A DNA stretch of 40,859 nt, taken from an uncultured Candidatus Saccharibacteria bacterium. GTDB taxonomy: Bacteria; Patescibacteriota; Minisyncoccia; Phycocordibacterales; UBA2163. The stretch is taken from positions 1 to 40,859 of the forward strand of contig CAZNQQ010000001.1 of NCBI GenBank assembly GCA_964575575.1. The letters run 5' to 3'. A program made the translations under genes and the position numbers. This document shows, piece after piece, positions 7,271 to 18,200 of the stretch; position 1 is the first letter of the stretch, and each line of letters opens with the position of its first letter. The notes beneath the pieces were generated by a model, which was not told the origin of the DNA, did not search any database, and saw nothing but the letters and a program-made list of their open reading frames with translations.

Positions 7271-10200
7271 ATTGCATCATTTCTCTAATCTTGCAATATT
7301 CACACTCTTTTTTGTCGCACTTTTTGTCCCAGAAATCTAAGTGTAGGATTTCTTTTGCAGTCTTTCTTATAGTTTCTTTAAGCTCTTTTAGATCCTCGTC
7401 TGTTATTACAAACTTCTCTTTATGGTATTTACCTTTCTCGTCCGGCTGTACGAAGTCTATCTCACCTGAGACCATATCAAACTTCCTATCGTCATATAAA
7501 TCCAAAAGCAGTTTATAAAACACAAGTTGGCGCTTATAATTCCCATTTGAAGTTTTAGTATTACCTTCTATTATGTTTCTACTTTTTGGTTTACCTGTCT
7601 TATAATCAACTACATTCACAGAGCCATTGCCGTCCAATACTTCTATCTTATCCAAGTTCCCTCTTAATTTAATATCTTCAAACAATACACTCACCTTAAA
7701 TTCATTGAGTATTTTTTCTATACCAGAGCTCTTCCAGCTTTCTTTGTAAGTATCATAATACCCAGAGATCGCTTCTTTGCCTTTCTCAAATGTTTCTTTA
7801 TATTCACTCTCAGAGAACGGCTGGCTACCCAGATAATCTTCAAATAAAACTAACATATTGTCTTTCCCGATCAACTCCCCACCTTCTAACTTATCAAACA
7901 AATCTTTAAGCGTATAATGCACTGCATTACCAAACATCATGTGCTTATTAGAAGCCTTAGGTATACGCAAAAGAGAACTATAGAAATAATTCCACGGGCA
8001 TTCTAGATAGTTGTTAAGCGCTGTTACAGAAAGCCCTTGCTCTTTGAACAGCTCATTTAGAAACTCTTTGTCTTTCACAGAGATTCTTATATCCTTTTTA
8101 GGTGCTAAAAACTCTTCTTGCTTAATGCCACCCTCAAAAGAATCTACATCAAACTCTTCTACATACTTAGTATCGATTTCCTCTATGAACTGAGAGGGAA
8201 GTTGCGGTTCTCCATTTTCCCCTTCTTTAGAATAGCTAATATTTACTCCCAACCTTGCGCGCGTAAGTGCCACATAAAAGAGCCTTCTGTCATCGTCATT
8301 ATTGCCATCTTCATCCTTTTCAAGTGCTTTTATAGGAACTTTAAAGTGCTCTATCATTCGCTTGTTTCCCCAGTGCTTATCATACGCTCCTACAATATAC
8401 ACCCAATCAAACTCCAAGCCCTTAGACTTATGCGCTGTCATAAGACGAACTTTTTTAGGGATTACAGATTTAGAATCTTTCTTTACTAGTATGTTGTGCT
8501 CTTCTAGCAAATCTATATGTTCTATAAAATCAGGTAGTTTGTATTCCCTATGATTCTCTACAAGCTTTCTTGCAGTGTCAAAGAACCCAGAAAGTTTTGC
8601 TATTTTTTCTGTTGCTTCAGAGCCTCCAAGCAAATGGTTAAGAAAACCAGATTCTTCTACCACAATCTCTAAAAGCTCTGTGAGGGATCTGTTTTTAGAG
8701 AAACTCTTCCACGCATTCATTAAACTATATAATTTGTGTAATTTTTCATACTCTTCTACTCCAGCATCTTTGATATTATCTTCTGATTTTAATATGTCGT
8801 AAATATTTATTTTTGTTTTTTTAGAATATGCAGAAAGTTTGTATATATCAAGTCCAGAAAGTTTTAAGAAATCTGCATGAAGCACTGGGAGTATCATTTC
8901 ATCATTACCTAAATCATTTACAGCGCGCAAAAGGGAAATGAGTTTGCGCATATCATTATCAAGTAAAATATTTTGGTCAGACTCAACCACAAACGGAATA
9001 TTATTCTTCTCAAAGATTTGCATTATCGCATCTACGTCTTTATTGTTTCTATAAAGCACTGCGATCTCTTCGGGGGCTACGCCTTTTTCTATTTTTTCTT
9101 TTATATCTTTCGCCAGAAATAAATATTCATATCCTTGCTTTGAAAACGCTCTCAAGCCAATCTTACTCTCCCCTTCACCTTCAACATTTTTTCTTCCCTC
9201 TAAGCAAGGTCGGACCTTTCTGTGGATAACTTTTTCGTCAGAATCTGGCTTTATAGAGCCGTTTATTAGAGAATGTGCGGAGTCTAGGATGTGCTGGTAC
9301 GAACGATAGTTTTGAACGAGTGTTACAGAGATAGCATTCCTATACAAATTCTTAAAGTATAAAAAGTTCTCTAACGATGCACCTTGAAAGCGAAAGATAG
9401 CTTGCTTCTCATCCCCCACTATAAAAAGATTAGGATTCTCATGGTAACTTGCCAAAAGTTCTAAGAGTCTGTTTTGTGAATTATTAGCGTCTTGGTGCTC
9501 GTCTGCAAGTACGTATTGGTATTCTTCCTGTAGAGATAGAAGTAAGTCAGCGTCATTCTCAAGCGCTTTAATAGTCTCTATGATCATATCTTCATAGTCA
9601 TAAAGTCTTCGCTCTCTTAATTGCTCTTCGTATAATTCATAAATAAGAGCAAGCTCTTCGTTTTTTTCAATCTTTTTTTGAAGTGTCGCATACTTCCCTT
9701 TCATCTTTCCTTTGTGGGCGCCCTTTTCGTGATAAAGATCGTCTATTTTTTTAAATTCACTGTGCTGACTCTTTATGCTTTTTGCTAATTCTTCTGGAGC
9801 AACATTTTCTCTCTTTAGTTCACTTATTTTCCCACGAATAGAGTTAAGATAGAAAAAGTTGTCGCCAAATGGCTTTAACTTTTTGAGATCAGAATTTTTT
9901 ATAATATCTTTAAGTATTGATATCTTCTCTATGTCGTTTAAGTGATTCGCACCGATAATTTTAGGAAACGAATCTGGAAAACGTCTTATCACCTCATTAC
10001 AGAATCCATGGAATGTAAATATTCCAACTCTATAACCAGCACTTCCTATAATCTCTACAAGTCTTTTGCGCATAGAAAACACACCTGACTCTGTAAAGGT
10101 GAGTGCCAAAACGCTGTCAGGTGTCGCATCTGTCTTTTTAAGTATATTTGCTATACGGAGCGTAAGAATCTGCGTCTTGCCAGTCCCCGGCCCGGCTATC

Positions 10201-10292
10201 ACCATCACAGGCCCTTCTATAGCGTCCACTGCCTGTCTTTGTTGTGTATTTAGCTTATTATATAGCCCCTGAAATTTCGGAGTCGTTACCAT
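7269..10292 (-). CDS. ATP-dependent helicase-nuclease: UvrD/PcrA-like SF1 helicase fused to a C-terminal RecB-family PD-(D/E)xK (Cas4/AddB-like) nuclease domain with a putative 4-Cys iron-sulfur cluster
   Basis: 1007 aa. Helicase motifs AGPGTGKT (I), VLADEHQD (II), VGDEKQAIFRFQGA (III) and TAHKSKGLEFDWVYIV (V/VI). The C-terminal domain has VVDYKTGKP (PD-(D/E)xK motif III), a Cys at ECPWNY and the terminal CDKKECEYC cluster. Confidence 0.85.
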   Translation of the reverse strand: MVTTPKFQGLYNKLNTQQRQAVDAIEGPVMVIAGPGTGKTQILTLRIANILKKTDATPDSVLALTFTESGVFSMRKRLVEIIGSAGYRVGIFTFHGFCNEVIRRFPDSFPKIIGANHLNDIEKISILKDIIKNSDLKKLKPFGDNFFYLNSIRGKISELKRENVAPEELAKSIKSQHSEFKKIDDLYHEKGAHKGKMKGKYATLQKKIEKNEELALIYELYEEQLRERRLYDYEDMIIETIKALENDADLLLSLQEEYQYVLADEHQDANNSQNRLLELLASYHENPNLFIVGDEKQAIFRFQGASLENFLYFKNLYRNAISVTLVQNYRSYQHILDSAHSLINGSIKPDSDEKVIHRKVRPCLEGRKNVEGEGESKIGLRAFSKQGYEYLFLAKDIKEKIEKGVAPEEIAVLYRNNKDVDAIMQIFEKNNIPFVVESDQNILLDNDMRKLISLLRAVNDLGNDEMILPVLHADFLKLSGLDIYKLSAYSKKTKINIYDILKSEDNIKDAGVEEYEKLHKLYSLMNAWKSFSKNRSLTELLEIVVEESGFLNHLLGGSEATEKIAKLSGFFDTARKLVENHREYKLPDFIEHIDLLEEHNILVKKDSKSVIPKKVRLMTAHKSKGLEFDWVYIVGAYDKHWGNKRMIEHFKVPIKALEKDEDGNNDDDRRLFYVALTRARLGVNISYSKEGENGEPQLPSQFIEEIDTKYVEEFDVDSFEGGIKQEEFLAPKKDIRISVKDKEFLNELFKEQGLSVTALNNYLECPWNYFYSSLLRIPKASNKHMMFGNAVHYTLKDLFDKLEGGELIGKDNMLVLFEDYLGSQPFSESEYKETFEKGKEAISGYYDTYKESWKSSGIEKILNEFKVSVLFEDIKLRGNLDKIEVLDGNGSVNVVDYKTGKPKSRNIIEGNTKTSNGNYKRQLVFYKLLLDLYDDRKFDMVSGEIDFVQPDEKGKYHKEKFVITDEDLKELKETIRKTAKEILHLDFWDKKCDKKECEYCKIREMMQ

Positions 10293-10328
10293 TAGGTTGA
10301 TTATATCACACCTAAAACAATGCCTGTT

Positions 10329-12115
10329 TTAATGCAATCCAATCTGATAATCGTAAAGATATTTATATACTCCGTCTTTGATTTTTATAAGATCGTCATG
10401 TTTTCCTTCCTCTACAACTTGACCTGCTTTAAATACCAAAATCTTATCTGCTTTTCTTACAGTACTTAGTCTGTGGGCTATGACAAATGTAGTTTTGTCT
10501 TCCATAAGTCGCTCCAGTGATTCTGTAATAAACTTCTCCGTTTTTGCATCAAGTGCACTTGTCGGCTCGTCCAAAATAAGTATTTTGGGTTCCTAAGCAT
10601 TGCTCTGGCAATAGCTATGCGTTGCTTTTGACCAACAGAGAGTCGAATACCTCTCTCACCTACTACTTGATTATACTTCTTTGGAAATTGCTCTATAAAT
10701 ACATCTGCATGAGCTTCTCTAGCCGCTTCTTTTACCTGCTCTTCAGTTGCCTTAAAACTTCCATATTTTATATTATGCTTTACCGTATCATTAAACAAAA
10801 CTGGTTCTTGTGGTACTATCGCTATATTTTGACGAATAGATTTAAGACTCGTCTCTTTAGTATTATATCCGTCGATAAGCACCTTACCTTTACTTGGGAA
10901 ATAATACCCAGATACAAGTTCCATCGCTGTGCTTTTTCCCACTCCAGACTCGCCAACAAGAGCAACTGTCTCACCAGCATTTACTTTAAAATCAAGATCT
11001 TTTAAAACAGTAGGTTCATTGTTTTTATATGCAAAGAACACGTTCCTGAATTCTACGCTTCCATTAAAATCCTTACTATCAATATTTTCTTTACCATCTT
11101 CATATTGTTCTGTTGGTAGTAGTAATATTTTTTCCGCTCTTTCAATAGCTACTATTCCATTTTGGATTATCTGCCAATGATGACCAAGCGTAATAAAAGG
11201 TCCAAAAACCATAGCGGCATAACCATTAAGAGCGATAAGCTCTCCAATAGTTATACTATCTTTCTGGATAAGACCAACAGATATTACAAATATAGAAATC
11301 TGTGTAAATAGTACAATAGTCCTCTGGTAAAAATTGATACTAGACCAAATCTTCTGAACTTTATACCAAATACTAAATGCTCCTCCAACAAATTTACCCC
11401 AAATCTTTTTTCTTTCGTGAGATTCTGCACCAGATTGTTTAATTGCTTGAAAATTACTTATGACACCAAAAGAATAACCATAAGATTTACCCCATGCTTC
11501 CTGCCCTTTTTTCTGCAACTTAACAATAGGTGGTACTATTATAAAAAGTGTAAAGATATATAAAATTATTCCTGCTACTAGCACAGACGCCAACAAAGGA
11601 CTAATGTATGCAGCGATACCAAGACCAATCACTACACTAAGAATTTGTGGTGCAATAGATATAACTACATTATTAAGAAGACTAAAGATAGCTTCGCTAG
11701 CACGTCTAATCTTATCCCACACTTCACCTGTTTTATGTTCTTTATAGAATGGTACTGTAAGTTCTAATAGATGCGCTGTAGCATTAGCAAGATATTCTGC
11801 GTGCACAAGGATAGCTATTCTTTTACCTCTTTTATCTATAAACCAATCTGCTGAATTAGCAAAAATTTGTATGATTCCAAACAATATTACAAAACCCATC
11901 CAAAGTGGTATTTTATAATTAAAATACTCTACCATTTTTGAGACATCTAATATTGCATCAAAAAAGCTTCCAACAATATACGGTACTGCAGCGTTTGCAA
12001 AACCTGATATGACACCAAGAAAAGACAAGAGTATTATCTCTTTTTTATATTTAAATAAATATTTAAGAAGGATTTTGAATCCTTTTTTTGTTGGTTTTCT
12101 TCTGTTTTTCGACAT
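10329..12115 (-). pseudogene. MsbA-like ABC exporter (six-TM permease fused to an ATPase) interrupted by a -1 frameshift in an A-homopolymer inside the signature / Walker B region
   Basis: Walker A GESGVGKST and signature [20 protein letters not shown]. The frame then breaks: the DNA reads ccaaaatacttattttggacgagccg, and one extra A would give [16 protein letters not shown]. The downstream 81-aa ORF continues with [22 protein letters not shown] (H-loop). Confidence 0.8.
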
Positions 12116-12194
12116 AAGGTAATATTATACCACGTTTTTAACAACCCAACCGGTTGAGTTGTTTAAAATGGCTTAAAATAAGGGTTATTTTATC

Positions 12195-12219
12195 TAGTAC
12201 AAGGGCGACCCTTGTACTA
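12195..12219. other. Perfect 11-bp hairpin (tagtacaaggg-cga-cccttgtacta) just downstream of rpoD; no canonical T-run
   Basis: A strong stem-loop 23 nt after the rpoD stop. Neither strand has a U-tract, so it could be a non-canonical terminator or a processing site. Confidence 0.3.
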
Positions 12220-12241
12220 ACTCGGCTATGCGAAAGCCAAG

Positions 12242-13540
12242 TTAGTAGTTTTTGAGACGAGTGGATTTTTCGTGTTTTTGGATTTTTTCTAAGGCTTTTG
12301 CTTCAATCTGCCTAATACGTTCACGTGTCACACCAAACTCTTTACCTACTTCTTCAAGAGTATGATAAATTCCATCTGCAAGTCCGTTACGCATCTCTAA
12401 GATCTTTTTCTCTTTTGGTGAAAGGTCGTCAAGAATCTCTTTTATTTGATCTGCTAATATTCTAAGTGAGGTATCCTGATCTGGCGATGAGATCTTGTCG
12501 TCTTTTATAAAGTCTCCTAGTGTTGATTTCTCATCACCATCATCCCCCACTGGTCTCTCAAGTGAGATCGTGTCTTGGCTTATCTTTTCTATTTGGTAAA
12601 TTTTCTCAATCTCTATATCCATCTCTGTCGCTATCTCCTCTGCAAGCGGGTCACGCCCAAGGTCTTGTGAAAGCCTTCTGAACACTTGTTTGTACTTTGC
12701 AATGGTCTCAACCATGTGCACAGGTATTCTAATAGTTCTTGACTGGTCAGCTAGAGCACGTGTGATAGCCTGCCTGATCCACCAAGTCGCATAAGTAGAG
12801 AATTTATAACCTTTTGTATAATCAAACTTGTCTACCGCTTTGAATAGTCCTAGGTTGCCCTCTTGAATAAGGTCAAGCAGTGTAAGATCGGGAGAACGCC
12901 CAACATAACGCTTCGCAATAGAAACCACAAGACGTAGGTTCGCTCTTGCAAGTAAGTTTCTCGCTTCGTCGTCTCCATCTAAGATCCTCTTGGCAAGTTC
13001 TCTTTCTTCCACGCCTTTGAGGAGCGGGTATTGCCCGATTTCTCTTAAATACATTTGTATAGAATCATGAGAAGAAATATCGCTACCTCTTTTGTATGTA
13101 TTTTTCTTTTCCAATAACTCGGCACTTGAATCTCCTAGCATTCCACCACTTTCAAGCACATCAATGTTTGCAGCATTAAACTTTTCATATAGCTCCTCCA
13201 AGAAAATAATATCTTCTTCTATGGCTGGGAACTCCTTCAATATCTCATCGTATGTTACAAAACCTCTTTGACGCCCCTTTACTAAAAGCTCTTCGGCCTT
13301 TTTCTGAAGGTTTTTTGCTTTTCTACTTATTGTCTTCTTGGCTGGAGCTTTTTTAGCTTTTTTAGCTGTTTTTTTAACAACTTTTTTCTTAGTAACTTTC
13401 TTTTTGGCAGCCTTTTTTACCACCTTCTTTTTAGTCACCTTTTTAGTTGGAGCTTTCTTAACTTTCTTTACCACCTTCTTTTTGGCAGTCTTTTTTAGGG
13501 GAGCTTTTTTCTTTATTATTTTTTTTGTCTTTTTCGCCAT
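12242..13540 (-). CDS. rpoD: RNA polymerase sigma-70 factor RpoD with a about 75-aa histone-H1-like Lys/Ala/Pro-rich N-terminal extension
   Basis: Regions 1.2-4 are conserved ([40 protein letters not shown]; ...[21 protein letters not shown]). The N-terminus is [41 protein letters not shown]... in place of the usual acidic region 1.1. Confidence 0.95.
   Translation of the reverse strand: MAKKTKKIIKKKAPLKKTAKKKVVKKVKKAPTKKVTKKKVVKKAAKKKVTKKKVVKKTAKKAKKAPAKKTISRKAKNLQKKAEELLVKGRQRGFVTYDEILKEFPAIEEDIIFLEELYEKFNAANIDVLESGGMLGDSSAELLEKKNTYKRGSDISSHDSIQMYLREIGQYPLLKGVEERELAKRILDGDDEARNLLARANLRLVVSIAKRYVGRSPDLTLLDLIQEGNLGLFKAVDKFDYTKGYKFSTYATWWIRQAITRALADQSRTIRIPVHMVETIAKYKQVFRRLSQDLGRDPLAEEIATEMDIEIEKIYQIEKISQDTISLERPVGDDGDEKSTLGDFIKDDKISSPDQDTSLRILADQIKEILDDLSPKEKKILEMRNGLADGIYHTLEEVGKEFGVTRERIRQIEAKALEKIQKHEKSTRLKNY
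13330..13530. repeat. Degenerate tandem DNA repeats encoding the KK(V/A)(T/A)KK units of the rpoD N-terminal extension
   Basis: Recurring plus-strand units such as ttttttaccaccttctttttagtcacc and tttctttaccaccttctttttggcagtc. The opposite-strand 72-aa ORF here is an artefact. Confidence 0.6.
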
Positions 13541-13548
13541 ATATAAAT

Positions 13549-15261
13549 TTATTTAGAGATATTTGATAATTTGTCTGAAAGCTTTTTATACTTCTTTGTT
13601 AACTCGTCAACCTTCTTATCTTCTCCTCCTTCTGTCTCAACTAATTTTAACTCCTTTAATACTTCGTCCATATCTTCTTTGAGGTATTCTTGTTCAAGAT
13701 TGCTTAAAAGCTCATCTACCTCAACCTTCAGCGCCTGTTCTTCATTTGTATGAAGACGCTCAACTTCAAATAACAATTCTTCTATATTATCGCGCTTTTG
13801 TGTAAGATGCAAAGTTTTTTCATTGCCTAATATACGTTCTAATTCTTTTATTACACTTTTTGTGTCTATAGTAGGATTGTCTATACTTTCCTGCCATAAA
13901 AATATTCCTGAAATCTTATCTTCTATTGAACTCTTTTTTCCGCCAGCTGGCGGATTTTGTCCTTTGTTTGCATCTTCAGCATATGCCTCAGCATTTTCTT
14001 CAACGTGCACTTTTGAAAGTTCTTCTCGTACAACACTATCTGTTAGTCCAAGCTTTCCTGCAAAGATAGAGATAAAGTGTTCTTGATCAATCTTATTTGA
14101 AATATTAGCAATATACGGAAGAACACTTTGGGATGCTTTTAATAATAACTTCCTTTTGTCATCTATTGTTTCCAGAAGAACGTTAAGAGAAAACTCCACG
14201 ATATGCTTTGCATCTCTTATTGCGTTTTTCCATTCTTCTTTGTCTTTCTTAATTACATCTGCAGGGTCCTCACCATCTTTTAAATGCGCGACTTTGACGT
14301 CCATTTCATTTTGAAGTCCTACAATAGCGCTTTTACCAGATGACGCTACTCCAGCTTTGTCTGAATCAAATGCAAGTACAACATTGCCAGACAATCGCTT
14401 CAGTAAACCTATGTGTTCTAGAGTCAAAGCCGTACCAGAGAGTGCTACTGTATTTGTAAATCCTGCCTGATGCGACATAAGTAAATCCATTTGACCTTCA
14501 ACAACTATAGAGAAATTCAGCTTTCTTATAGAGAACTTTGCTCTGTCGTAGCCATAAAGTATTTTTGACTTGCTAAAGAGTATAGTCTCAGGAGAGTTTA
14601 TATATTTTGCAGACTTCTCATCGTCTTTGAAGATCCTACCTGAAAATGCGACTACTCTACCAGAATTGTCAAAGATAGGGAACATTATCCTACCTCTAAA
14701 TCTATCGTAATAATCAGTACCGTCTTCCTTTTTCTTTATGAGTCCTACTTTTTCAATCTCTTGTACAGTATATTTCTCTTTCAAGTGATCATATAGACTA
14801 CCCCAAGAATCACCAGCGTAACCAATACGCCAATTCTCTATGGTCTTTTCTTCCAGACCACGATCTTTCAGATACTTCTGGATATCTTTTTCCTTCTTTA
14901 GATTATCTTCAAAAAACTGATTCGCTGTCTCCATCACACCATAAAGGCGAGTTCTCTCGTCTTTGTCTTGTTTTTTTTCAAACACTATCTGAACCCCAGC
15001 TTTCTCACCAAGTACTTTAAGTGCTCCTACAAAATCCAAACCTTCAAACTGCTCCACGAAAGAAAAGATATCCCCCTTTGCATTGCATCCAAAACAATAG
15101 TAAGAATTCCTGGTAGGAGACACGAAAAAAGACGGTGTCTTCTCGTTATGAAATGGACATCTAGCTCTGAAGTTGCTCCCCGCCTTCTCTAATTTTAAGT
15201 ACTGCGAAACTACATCTACGATCCCAAGTCTTTCTTTTATTTGTTCAACTTGTGATGACAT
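13549..15261 (-). CDS. dnaG: DNA primase
   Basis: CHC2 zinc finger [30 protein letters not shown] and TOPRIM motifs [28 protein letters not shown]. The ATG at 15261 is 27 nt downstream of the rpoC stop, and its stop is 8 nt before the rpoD ATG. Confidence 0.95.
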   Translation of the reverse strand: MSSQVEQIKERLGIVDVVSQYLKLEKAGSNFRARCPFHNEKTPSFFVSPTRNSYYCFGCNAKGDIFSFVEQFEGLDFVGALKVLGEKAGVQIVFEKKQDKDERTRLYGVMETANQFFEDNLKKEKDIQKYLKDRGLEEKTIENWRIGYAGDSWGSLYDHLKEKYTVQEIEKVGLIKKKEDGTDYYDRFRGRIMFPIFDNSGRVVAFSGRIFKDDEKSAKYINSPETILFSKSKILYGYDRAKFSIRKLNFSIVVEGQMDLLMSHQAGFTNTVALSGTALTLEHIGLLKRLSGNVVLAFDSDKAGVASSGKSAIVGLQNEMDVKVAHLKDGEDPADVIKKDKEEWKNAIRDAKHIVEFSLNVLLETIDDKRKLLLKASQSVLPYIANISNKIDQEHFISIFAGKLGLTDSVVREELSKVHVEENAEAYAEDANKGQNPPAGGKKSSIEDKISGIFLWQESIDNPTIDTKSVIKELERILGNEKTLHLTQKRDNIEELLFEVERLHTNEEQALKVEVDELLSNLEQEYLKEDMDEVLKELKLVETEGGEDKKVDELTKKYKKLSDKLSNISK

Positions 15262-15288
15262 ATGATAATTTTTGCTAACTAATGAATA

Positions 15289-18200
15289 TTACTCTTCTAC
15301 TTCTTCTTCGTTATTTTCTTCGTTTATTACTTCTTCAATCATCTCTGATTTAGCGCTTCCTTTAAATCCTGTTCCTGCTGGTATAAGACGTCCGATAATA
15401 ACATTTTCTTTAAGACCTACTAACTTGTCTTGATTCCCTCTTATTGATGCATTTATAAGTATCTTTGTAGTATTCTGGAACGATGCAGCTGAAAGGAAAC
15501 TCTTTCTAGAAAGTGACACTTCTGAAATACCAAGTACTAGAGATTCTGCAGTTGGTGCTGTGTCGCCGTTTTCTTTAGCTCGCTCTTGCGCATTTGCAAA
15601 CTGATAACTCTCAATGACATCTCCGGTTGTAATACTCTCGTCAGATGATTCTTTAACTTTAAGTCGTGAGAACATTTGCTTGATAATAACCTCTATGTGC
15701 TTTCTTGAGATTGAAGCTCCTTGAAGTTCATAGATTCTATTGATCTCACTAATGATATATTCTTGCGCCTTTTCTTTACCTCCAAATTTGAATAGTTCGG
15801 TTATATCTGCTGAACCGTCTGTCAGGAACTGTCCTTTGGTTACCTTGTCTCCAACTTTAACAAGAGCCATTCTTCTAAAGTGTACTGGATATTCTGTATT
15901 TTTCTTAGATTTTGTGGCTTTCTCACCGCCGTCTGGTAGTAAGATTATAGTCTTTTCTTTACCATCGTTTGTTACCTCTGAGACAACTCCGTCAACACGT
16001 GCGATAAGAGCTGGGTTTTTAGGTGAGCGCTTCTCAAATACTTCTTCCACACGTGGCAAACCTTGTGTAATGTCTCCACCCACTGAAGCTGTACCTCCTG
16101 TATGGAACGTACGCATAGTAAGCTGTGTACCTGGTTCACCGATCGCTTGTGCTGCGATAGTACCAACCGCTTCACCTATAGCTACCATCTCTCCTGTAGT
16201 CATATCTACACCATAACAACCCTGACATATTCCTTGCTTTGTCTTACATACCATAGGGGAACGAACACTCACGCTTGTTACTCCGGCATCTTCAACCTTC
16301 TTTGCTTCCTCCGGTGTTAGCAATACTCCTTTTTTAACCAATACCGTACCTTTTGAATCTTTAACGTCTTCAGCTAATATTCTTCCTTTTACGTTTTTAG
16401 CAATAGAGATCTCAAGACCTGAAGAACTTATCTTGTCTATTATTACTCCTTCTTTTACTCCACAATCTTTTTCTGTGATTATAGCGTCTTGTGCAACATC
16501 AAAGAGTCTTCTTGTTAGGTACCCTGCTTTAGCGGTTTGAAGCGCTGTGTCAGCAAGACCTTTACGTGAACCGTGAGTTGTCACGAAGTATTCAATAGGT
16601 GTTAGACCCTCTTTCATTGAAGCAACAATCGGGAACTCGATCGTCTCTCCTTTTGTGTTTTGCATAAGTCCAACCATACCTGACATCTGTGTTACCTGAC
16701 CGATAGAACCTCTAGCACCTGACTTCCACATGTCATAAACTGAACCATCTTTCTTTAAAGTATCTGGGATCTGTTTTTCTATTTCGTTTTTAGCACCAAT
16801 CCAAGTTTCTATGTTCATTCTTCTTTTTTCTTCTTTTGAAAGAAGTCCATCATTAAATTGTCCTAGTATTTCTTTTGATTTTTCTTTTGCAGCTTTGACT
16901 ACTTCATCCTTTCCTTCAGGTACAATAACTTCATCAATTCCCCAAGTAATACCAGAGTGTGTAGCGTACTGGAATCCGAATTTTTTAATCTTGTTTATTA
17001 TAGATGAGATCTGATCAAGTCCGTATACTTTTACAAGGTCTTCTACAAGAGCCATCATACTTCTGTTTGTTATCTCATAGTCTACATATGGATAATCGTT
17101 TGGAAGTGTACTGTTAAACTTGATCCTTCCTACTGATGTTTCAAACGGTTTACCTTCAAATTTTGCATACCTTGGCTTGTCTGATGGAAGTACTTTTATC
17201 TTTGCTCTAAATCCTACCTCACCGAAGTCGTATGCTGTGATCGCGTCGTTTGGAGATGCGAAAATCTTTCCTTCACCTTTGTCTCCTTCAATTATCTTAG
17301 TCATCCAATAACAACCAAGTACGATATCGAGCATCTTTGATGAAATCACAGGGTCGCCGTTACCTGGTTTAAGTATGTTTTTGTTTGCAGATATAATGTT
17401 CTTTGCTTCTGCTTGCGCTTCGCGTGAGAGTGGCAAGTGAACCGCCATCATGTCTCCGTCAAAGTCCGCGTTAAATGCAGGACATACAAGTGGGTGTACC
17501 TGAATAGCCTTTCCTTCAATAAGAACTGGTCGGAATGCTTGGATACCTTGCCTGTGAAGTGTAGGAGCTCGGTTTAGCATTACATACTTACCCTTAATCA
17601 CTTCTTCTAGGATTGCCCATACTTCAGGGATACCTTCGTCTATAAGTCGTCCTGCACCACGGATGTTGTATGCAAGTTCTCTTTCTAATAGCTTTGCAAT
17701 AACAAATGGTCTAAACAGCTCAAGCGCCATGTGTTTTGGAATACCACATTCATCTAGCTTAAGATCAGGACCTACAACGATCACTGAACGTCCTGAATAG
17801 TCTACACGTTTTCCAAGTAGGTTCTGCCTGAAGTACCCTTGCTTTCCTCTAAGATAATCAGATAGTGACTTGAGTGGCCGCCTTTGAGCTTGGCTCATAG
17901 CAGAGAACAATGTGTTGCCGTGACGTATTGAGTTGTCCAAAAGCGCGTCCACAGCTTCTTGCAAGATTCGCTTTTCGTTACGCAAGATTACGTCTGGTGC
18001 GTTTATTTCTTTTAGTTTTCGAAGTCTATTGTTTCTGTTTATTACTCTTCTGTAAAGATCGTTTACATCAGAAGTAGCGTGTCGTCCACCTTCAAGCGCT
18101 ACCATCGGACGAAGTGCTGGTGGGATCACAGGGATACGAACCATAAACATCCATTCAGGTCTTATACCTGACGCATCCATTGATCTAAGCAAGCTTAGTC

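Noticed and set aside
10329-10574. 81-aa ORF as an independent gene
   Set aside because: It is the C-terminal continuation (Walker B, D-loop and H-loop) of the frameshifted ABC transporter.
12125-12170. Palindrome aacaaccc-aaccggtt-gagttgtt downstream of rpoD as a terminator
   Set aside because: No U-tract on either strand; only a weak hairpin. It is left unannotated apart from the stronger hairpin at 12195-12219.
13338-13556. 72-aa Phe/Leu-rich plus-strand ORF
   Set aside because: It is the antisense reading of the AAG/AAA lysine-codon repeats at the rpoD N-terminus.
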